From Candidatus Thorarchaeota archaeon (GTDB lineage Archaea > Asgardarchaeota > Heimdallarchaeia > Hodarchaeales > Hodarchaeaceae): a stretch of DNA of 32,000 nucleotides. The stretch lies in the NCBI GenBank assembly GCA_048882505.1, contig JBHLRO010000004.1:200193-232192 (forward strand), written 5' to 3'. Both the position numbers and the translations under genes were made by a program. The notes beneath the pieces were generated by a model. The model had not been told where the DNA came from. It saw only the letters and a program-made list of their open reading frames with translations, and did no database searches. The first letter of the stretch is position 1, and each line of letters starts with the position of its first letter. Below are positions 26,102-32,000 of the stretch, in pieces.

Positions 26102-26842
26102 TTGCGAATTGCCTTCATATCTGACATTCACGGCAATGTGGAAGCGCTAAAAACAGTTTTACAGGATATTGATGATCATGGCGGAGCTGATCTATTTTGT
26201 TGTAATGGGGATCTAGTTGGATATTATGCCCACCCACGAGAGTCGATCAGCCTAGTACGAGAAACATGCGGAAAGAGAGTAATCGTAGGAAATCATGATG
26301 AGGTGGTGAGGGTTAATGGACAGGAGGAGTTTGAGAATGAAATTGAGTGGTTTAACCATATTGCCCGTAAGGCGTTGGTATGGACAAGAAACGAACTCCT
26401 GGATACTGAGCAGATGCAGTATTTAAGGGCACTTCCCATTCAAAAGGAGATAAATGCACAATCAAAGAAGATTTTACTGGTTCACGGAACACCTGAGGAA
26501 AAATGGGAATACTTCATCGTTTATCAGGGGCCTGGAGGACTGATGGCTGAGCAGAAAACCAGAATGCGAGGCTGGCTAAAAAAATGGGATATTGTTGTAT
26601 TAGGCCATACCCACATTGCGTTCTCGTACAAGTTTCGCGGACGATACGTAATAAATCCTGGATCCGTTGGTCAGCCTAGAGACGGAGATCCTAGAGCAAG
26701 CTATGCGATTGTGGATCTAACAGACACAAATATTAAAGCTCAACTTAAGCGAGTGGATTATTCGATTGAAAATACATGTAATTCATTGGCAAAAGTGGAT
26801 TTGGACGATTATCTTTGTCAAAGGCTCTATAACGGCAGATAA
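26102..26842 (+). CDS. Calcineurin-like metallophosphoesterase
   Basis: DIHGN, GDLVGY, GNHD, HG, GHTH, NPGSVGQPRDGDPRASY. Confidence 0.93.
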   Translation: MRIAFISDIHGNVEALKTVLQDIDDHGGADLFCCNGDLVGYYAHPRESISLVRETCGKRVIVGNHDEVVRVNGQEEFENEIEWFNHIARKALVWTRNELLDTEQMQYLRALPIQKEINAQSKKILLVHGTPEEKWEYFIVYQGPGGLMAEQKTRMRGWLKKWDIVVLGHTHIAFSYKFRGRYVINPGSVGQPRDGDPRASYAIVDLTDTNIKAQLKRVDYSIENTCNSLAKVDLDDYLCQRLYNGR

Positions 26843-27067
26843 TTTTGAATTGAGAGTGGAACAAGGAGATACCAGGGAAATTGGGGGATTATTTTCTAAA
26901 GAAAAGATTTAAAAATTTGAAAATTGTCCAGTTCATTGTAATAATCGAACTTTAATGCCACTTCTTACCTTTTCACCCTCTATTAATTAGAGAAGATTCT
27001 CGATAATTCTCTATATGTCATAAAAAAGGTATTAGAGGTAGCTCTTGTCAGTATATGGTGTGAAATT

Positions 27068-29074
27068 TTGTCTGGAGAGTATAGTGCGCGAAGTATTCAA
27101 GTGCTGGAAGGTTTAGAGGCAGTTCGGCGTCGTCCTTCGATGTATATTGGAAGTGTCAGCGAAACGGGATTGCACCACCTAGTGTGGGAAATTGTGGACA
27201 ATTCTGTGGACGAAGCCATGGCGGGCTATTGTACCCGTATTGTGGTCATTGTAGGACAGACTGAGGGAGGATTAGAGAGTGTCACTGTTCAGGACAACGG
27301 ACGGGGCATTCCCACTGATAATCATCCCGATTATGATATTTCGTCTCTCGAATTGGTCACTACTAGGCTGCATTCTGGAGGGAAATTCGGGGAAGAAGCT
27401 TACAAAGTTAGCGGGGGATTGCATGGTGTTGGTATAGCTGTAGTTAATGCCTTGTCGAGCTGGATGCAGGTTAAAGTAAAGAGAGACGGCAGGATTCTGA
27501 TGCAGGAATACGTGAAGGGTGAAACAATCTCTCATGGCCTGATTGAGGTTGAAGAAGACTGGGAAGAAGAAACAGGAACCAGAATTAGCTTTATTCCCGA
27601 CCCCGATATCTTTGAAACAACCCATTTTACCACCCAACAGATCAGGAGTAGATTAAGGGAACTCGCATTCTTGAATAAAGGACTTGAAATTTTATTAATT
27701 GACAATCGACGTTATCTCAGTGATTTAGAGGGAGCTAAACCAGCTGAACGAGATCATACGGATTCCGAACCAGAATCTAACTCTGAAAAGGCTCTTTCTG
27801 AATGGCGATATTACTACGAGGGGGGAATTAGAGCCTATGTCGAACAACTTGCGCCACAGAAGGTACATGAAGATATACCATACTTTGATGAAACTATTGA
27901 AACTACACAAGTCGAAGTTGCCTTGGCATATGATCGCTCCGAACGTGATCTCGTCTATACATTCACTAATAATATAAATACCAAACACGGCGGAACCCAC
28001 CTATCAGGGTTTAAAGCAGGATTGACCCGGGCGATTAATGCATATGTTCAGAAGAACGAGCAGTTGATAAGGAATACACGGCTTAAGAAGGAACTTAGAG
28101 ATAAAAGATCGATTTTTAGCGGAAATGACGTAAGGGAAGGTTTGGTTGCGGTCGTTTCTGTGAAAGTTATTAATCCTCAATTCGAAGGTCAAACCAAAAG
28201 TAAACTTGGAAATTCAGAAGTTAAAGGCGTGGTCGAACGTGGGACATATGAGAATATCCTACGATTCCTCGATGAACATCCGGTCGATGGACGGGAAATT
28301 ATTCAGAAATGTGAGGAAGCGGCCTCGATTCGTATGAAATATCGTCAGCTTCGTGAGGCAATCAAGAAGACTCAGGCGAAGGGAACCGGAAAGCTAATAG
28401 ATTGTTCGGAAACGGATCCTATTAGGCGCGAGCTTTTTCTCGTGGAGGGTGATTCTGCTGGAGGAAGTGCAATAGAGGGCCGCTTTAGTGAATTTCAGGC
28501 AATTCTACCGCTTCGAGGAAAGGTTATAAATGTCGAAAAGGCTCGATTGGAGAAGGCAATGAAAAACAAGGAGATTCTTGAAATCATAAGGGCTGTCGGC
28601 GCTGGTTACAAAGAGAATTTCCAGATTGAAAATGTACGGTACCATAAGATTGTCTTACTGATGGATGCTGATGTTGATGGGCATCATATTGTGTGTCTGC
28701 TGTTAACCTTCTTTTTTCGATATATGCCCGAGTTGATTGACGAAGGTTACCTTTATATTGCGCAGCCTCCGCTCTACAGAATCAAAAAGGGCAACCAAGA
28801 AACTTATGTCTTGTCTGATCAAGAAAAAGATGAAATCCAACAACAATGGGGAGGTAAGACTGAAGTTAGTCGGTTTAAAGGATTGGGAGAAATGAATCCT
28901 CTTCAATTACGAGAGACCGTTTTGGATCCTGCGAACAGGATTCTCCTCCAAGTCACACGAGATAATTTGATTGAAGCTGAACAGATGTTCGTAACACTTA
29001 TGGGACTTGAAGTTTCGCCCCGACGTAAATTTATAACAAGTCACGCCCTCGAAGTTGAGAGTTTGGATATATAG
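27068..29074 (+). CDS. gyrB: DNA gyrase subunit B
   Basis: LEGLEAVRRRPSMYIG, EIVDNSVDE, DNGRGIP, GGLHGVG, EGDSAGGSA, PLRGK, DADVDG, RFKGLGEM; no intein. Confidence 0.97.
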   Translation: MSGEYSARSIQVLEGLEAVRRRPSMYIGSVSETGLHHLVWEIVDNSVDEAMAGYCTRIVVIVGQTEGGLESVTVQDNGRGIPTDNHPDYDISSLELVTTRLHSGGKFGEEAYKVSGGLHGVGIAVVNALSSWMQVKVKRDGRILMQEYVKGETISHGLIEVEEDWEEETGTRISFIPDPDIFETTHFTTQQIRSRLRELAFLNKGLEILLIDNRRYLSDLEGAKPAERDHTDSEPESNSEKALSEWRYYYEGGIRAYVEQLAPQKVHEDIPYFDETIETTQVEVALAYDRSERDLVYTFTNNINTKHGGTHLSGFKAGLTRAINAYVQKNEQLIRNTRLKKELRDKRSIFSGNDVREGLVAVVSVKVINPQFEGQTKSKLGNSEVKGVVERGTYENILRFLDEHPVDGREIIQKCEEAASIRMKYRQLREAIKKTQAKGTGKLIDCSETDPIRRELFLVEGDSAGGSAIEGRFSEFQAILPLRGKVINVEKARLEKAMKNKEILEIIRAVGAGYKENFQIENVRYHKIVLLMDADVDGHHIVCLLLTFFFRYMPELIDEGYLYIAQPPLYRIKKGNQETYVLSDQEKDEIQQQWGGKTEVSRFKGLGEMNPLQLRETVLDPANRILLQVTRDNLIEAEQMFVTLMGLEVSPRRKFITSHALEVESLDI

Positions 29075-29095
29075 ACCGCCAGGAGTTAAGTTGAG

Positions 29096-31579
29096 ATGAG
29101 TTCCAATGTTAAAGTGGTCCCAATTGAACAAACAATGTCCAAGAGTTATCTTGAATATTCAATGTCAGTTATTACATCGCGTGCCTTGCCGCATGTTAGG
29201 GACGGATTAAAACCAGTTCATCGACGTATTCTATGGGCAGCGCATAATCTTGGATTAACCCATAATCGACCACCTCGAAAATGTGCTCGTATCTCGGGGG
29301 AAGTTCTTGGAAAATATCACCCTCATGGGGATGCAGCCGTTTACGATGCTCTAGTACGGATGGCTCAACCTTTTTCCCTTCGATATCCATTGATTCAGGG
29401 TCAGGGAAACTTTGGAAGCATGGATGGACAGCCCGCCGCAGCCCAACGTTACACAGAGGCCAGAATGGAGGGTATTACCGAGGAAATGCTCCTAGACATT
29501 GGTAAAGAGACAGTGGACTTTGTCGATAACTTTGATGGATTGGATAAGGAACCTGTTATCCTACCTACGCGGATTCCGAATTTATTGATAAACGGGGTCA
29601 TGGGAATAGCGGTAGGTATGGCAACAACCATGCCTCCTCATAATTTGGGCGAAGTAATCGACGGGGTACTCGCTACAATTAACAATCCAGATATTACTAT
29701 TGACCAACTTATGGAATATATTCCCGGACCAGATTATCCAACCGGAGGAGTGATTCATGGAACTTCAGGGATTAAAAGGGCGTACCATAAAGGGCAGGGA
29801 ACCATAATACTGAGAGCACGCTACCATACAGAGGAAAAAAAGGGAAAAACACGAATCATTATTACCGAAGTACCTTATCTTGTAAAACGGCAGGATACAA
29901 TAGATAACAGAGGTTTGGTTGATATAATTCTAAGAGAAAAAGAATTAGGAAAATTGGCCGATGTGGGGAGTGTCAGGAACGAATCTAGCATTATAAACGG
30001 CACCAAAATCGTCATAACTTTGAAAAGAAACGCTAATCTCGATATTGTCTTGAATCGACTTTTCAAATACACTCCAATGCAAACATCTTTCTCTATCCGT
30101 AATATGGTACTCGTAGATGAACTGGTAGGAGAAACAACAAGATATCGACCTAAACTTCTAAACTTGAAGGGGTTAATCACCGAATTCATCAACCACCGGT
30201 TCCAAATAGTCGAACGAAGAACGCAATACGATCTCCGCAAGGCACGAGAAAGAGCCCATATCCTAGAGGGACGTAAAATAGTAGTGGCGAACTTAGACGA
30301 AATAATCGCCCTGATCCGCGCCTCTGAATCTGGTGCACATGCCCAAGAATCATTGAAAGAGAAATTTTTGCTTTCTGAAATACAGTCCAAAGATATTTTG
30401 GGATTACCGCTTCGTAGCTTAACCCGTTTTGACCAAGAAAAGATATTGCGAGAGTATGATGAAACTTTAAGGCAGATAAAAGAATATGAGTCAATCCTTA
30501 AAGATAAAGATCGGATCTATGAAATCATCGTTGATGAACTGAAGGAGATCAAGAAAAAGCACGGCGATCCACGTCGAACGCTAATAAGATCGGAATCGCT
30601 GGACTGGTCTGAGAAAACCGAAGAGGATTTTATAACCAAAGAAGATATAGTAATAACGCTAACAAGCAAAGGTTATATCAAATCTATACCTGCAGAAACT
30701 TATAAAGCTCAGCATCGGGGTGGCAAGGGCATCAAGGCGATGGAAATCGCCAAGGATGATTATTTGAAAGAAATGATCGTATGTTCAACCCATGATACCC
30801 TCCTTTTTCTGACCGTGAAGGGCTTGGTTTACACGAAACGAGGTTTTCAGATTCCAATCTCTAAACAACGAGTAACCAAAGGAGTAAATATCGCTAATGT
30901 ATTAAAACTAGAACGTGATGATGAAATTAGAACAATAATCCCTGTTTCAGAATTCAATGACGGACACTACCTTATTACCGCAACCAAAATGGGAATTATC
31001 AAAAAAACTCCATTGAAGGATTATGAACGCATAAGGTCAACGGGAATTATTGCTCAACGTCTGCGAGATAGCGACGTCATTATAGGGGCCAAAGTAACAG
31101 ATGGATCGAGAGGTATAATTCTTGCAACATTGAAGGGCAAGGCGATCCGTTTTCCAGAGGACGAGATACGTGTTGTGAAGAGAAGTAGTATAGGGGTTCT
31201 TGGAATTCGCCTAAATCAAGGCGATTATGTGGTTGATTTGGCTTTGGTCCATCCTGGTAAGACCCTCTTGACTGTGACAGAAAATGGCTATGGCAAACGC
31301 TCGGAGTTTAAACATTATAGAATAACAAAAAGGAATGGCAAGGGGGTCATCAATATGAAAACAACAAAGAGAAATGGAGATGTAATAGCGGTACGTAGCG
31401 TTGCTGAAGATGATTATCTCTTGATGGTTGCGAACGATGGTAAATTAATCCAAATTGAAATCTCAAGTATCCGAGTTATTGGGAGAGCAACCGCAGGCGT
31501 CACCTTGATGCGAGTAAAACGTGAGGAAGGAGTAAAGATTTCCTCTATTGCTATTTTATCCTCAGAGACGAACGACTAG
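29096..31579 (+). CDS. gyrA: DNA gyrase subunit A
   Basis: RALPHVRDGLKPVHRR, YHPHGD, AAQRYTE (catalytic Tyr), GyrA-box QHRGGKG, C-terminal pinwheel repeats. Confidence 0.97.
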   Translation: MSSNVKVVPIEQTMSKSYLEYSMSVITSRALPHVRDGLKPVHRRILWAAHNLGLTHNRPPRKCARISGEVLGKYHPHGDAAVYDALVRMAQPFSLRYPLIQGQGNFGSMDGQPAAAQRYTEARMEGITEEMLLDIGKETVDFVDNFDGLDKEPVILPTRIPNLLINGVMGIAVGMATTMPPHNLGEVIDGVLATINNPDITIDQLMEYIPGPDYPTGGVIHGTSGIKRAYHKGQGTIILRARYHTEEKKGKTRIIITEVPYLVKRQDTIDNRGLVDIILREKELGKLADVGSVRNESSIINGTKIVITLKRNANLDIVLNRLFKYTPMQTSFSIRNMVLVDELVGETTRYRPKLLNLKGLITEFINHRFQIVERRTQYDLRKARERAHILEGRKIVVANLDEIIALIRASESGAHAQESLKEKFLLSEIQSKDILGLPLRSLTRFDQEKILREYDETLRQIKEYESILKDKDRIYEIIVDELKEIKKKHGDPRRTLIRSESLDWSEKTEEDFITKEDIVITLTSKGYIKSIPAETYKAQHRGGKGIKAMEIAKDDYLKEMIVCSTHDTLLFLTVKGLVYTKRGFQIPISKQRVTKGVNIANVLKLERDDEIRTIIPVSEFNDGHYLITATKMGIIKKTPLKDYERIRSTGIIAQRLRDSDVIIGAKVTDGSRGIILATLKGKAIRFPEDEIRVVKRSSIGVLGIRLNQGDYVVDLALVHPGKTLLTVTENGYGKRSEFKHYRITKRNGKGVINMKTTKRNGDVIAVRSVAEDDYLLMVANDGKLIQIEISSIRVIGRATAGVTLMRVKREEGVKISSIAILSSETND

Positions 31580-31595
31580 GTGGAATGTACACATC

Positions 31596-32000
31596 ATGAC
31601 TAAAGCCACGAAATCTACAAAAGCTCAACGTCCCAAGAGCGCCTCTAGCTCAAAGGCCGCACAGGAGAAAGTGGTAAAACGTTCCGCTGCAGACTTCTTT
31701 CAGGATAATAAAGCGATTGCTGGCTTCGATAACACAATGCGTGTTGTTTTTACTAGTATTCGGGAACTGGTCGAGAATGGGTTGGACGCCGCGGAACGCG
31801 TTGGGCATCTACCTGAGATCAGAGTGACAATCCAACGGCTCTCACGAGATGAAATTGCGAAGTTATTGAATGTAACTCAATTTGAATCTTCAGAAAAGAT
31901 CGATTTTCTACATTTAACTGTAAGAGACAACGGATCAGGAATCCAATCTGAATTCGTACCACCACTTTTCGGACGTGTTTTAACTGGTAGCAACTACGGT
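31596..32000 (+). CDS. top6B: DNA topoisomerase VI subunit B, 3'-partial
   Basis: Not in the track. Manual translation: MTKATKSTK...SAADFFQDNKAIAGFDN...RELVENGLDAAE...VRDNGSGI...FGRVLTGSNYG; starts 16 nt after the gyrA stop. Confidence 0.93.
   Translation, partial: MTKATKSTKAQRPKSASSSKAAQEKVVKRSAADFFQDNKAIAGFDNTMRVVFTSIRELVENGLDAAERVGHLPEIRVTIQRLSRDEIAKLLNVTQFESSEKIDFLHLTVRDNGSGIQSEFVPPLFGRVLTGSNYG

Noticed and set aside
26102-26842. Vps29/retromer homologue as a eukaryotic signature protein
   Set aside because: It has a complete generic metallophosphoesterase motif set (GNHD, GHTH, NPGSVGQPRDG) typical of a widespread prokaryotic family.
29196-30494. Antisense and alternate-frame ORFs over gyrA, including the 171-aa ORF at 29875-30390
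   Set aside because: They are shadow ORFs of a strongly conserved gene and carry no motifs.
27068-31579. Inteins in gyrA or gyrB
   Set aside because: Lengths are ordinary (668 and 827 aa), with no splicing or LAGLIDADG motifs.
1-32000. CRISPR arrays, IS elements, prophage genes, rRNA or tRNA
   Set aside because: No spaced direct repeats, transposase or integrase motifs, or RNA-gene signatures were seen on either strand.

Overview
Archaeal chromosomal window, most likely from an Asgard (Heimdallarchaeia/Hodarchaeales-like) genome. The lineage is inferred from two eukaryote-like small GTPases, longin-like domains, a topoisomerase VI B gene and an archaeal HemK2-type methyltransferase. No rRNA, tRNA, CRISPR array, transposase or integrase was found. 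Left to right: a heterodimeric ABC exporter pair (the second subunit is partial and missing from the ORF track), an ABC ATPase + permease, an SDR, small YHS and Zn-ribbon proteins, an ICMT-family methyltransferase, a RACo/ASKHA [2Fe-2S] protein whose N-terminus lacks a canonical start codon, a Sar1/Arf-like GTPase fused to a longin domain, DUF504, TatD, a three-gene unit ending in a Sph/ClsN-type SMC-like protein with a zinc hook and degenerate ATPase motifs, RidA, PPC/DUF296, a single-repeat TFB-like protein, a Zn-finger/(HhH)2/Mrr-like protein, a Rab-like GTPase, a 969-aa longin-headed helical protein, HemK2, two paralogous RCK genes (one with a filter-less 2-TM region), a 55-aa CdrS-like ribbon-helix-helix gene missed by the track, a coiled-coil protein, a metallophosphoesterase, and gyrB-gyrA-top6B (partial). 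The best candidates for an uncharacterised system are the SMC-like three-gene unit (13324-15737), the TFB-like/Zn-HhH-Mrr-like/Rab unit (16691-18764) and the split RCK pair (22994-24961). All family calls come from motif recognition by eye; no database search was run.
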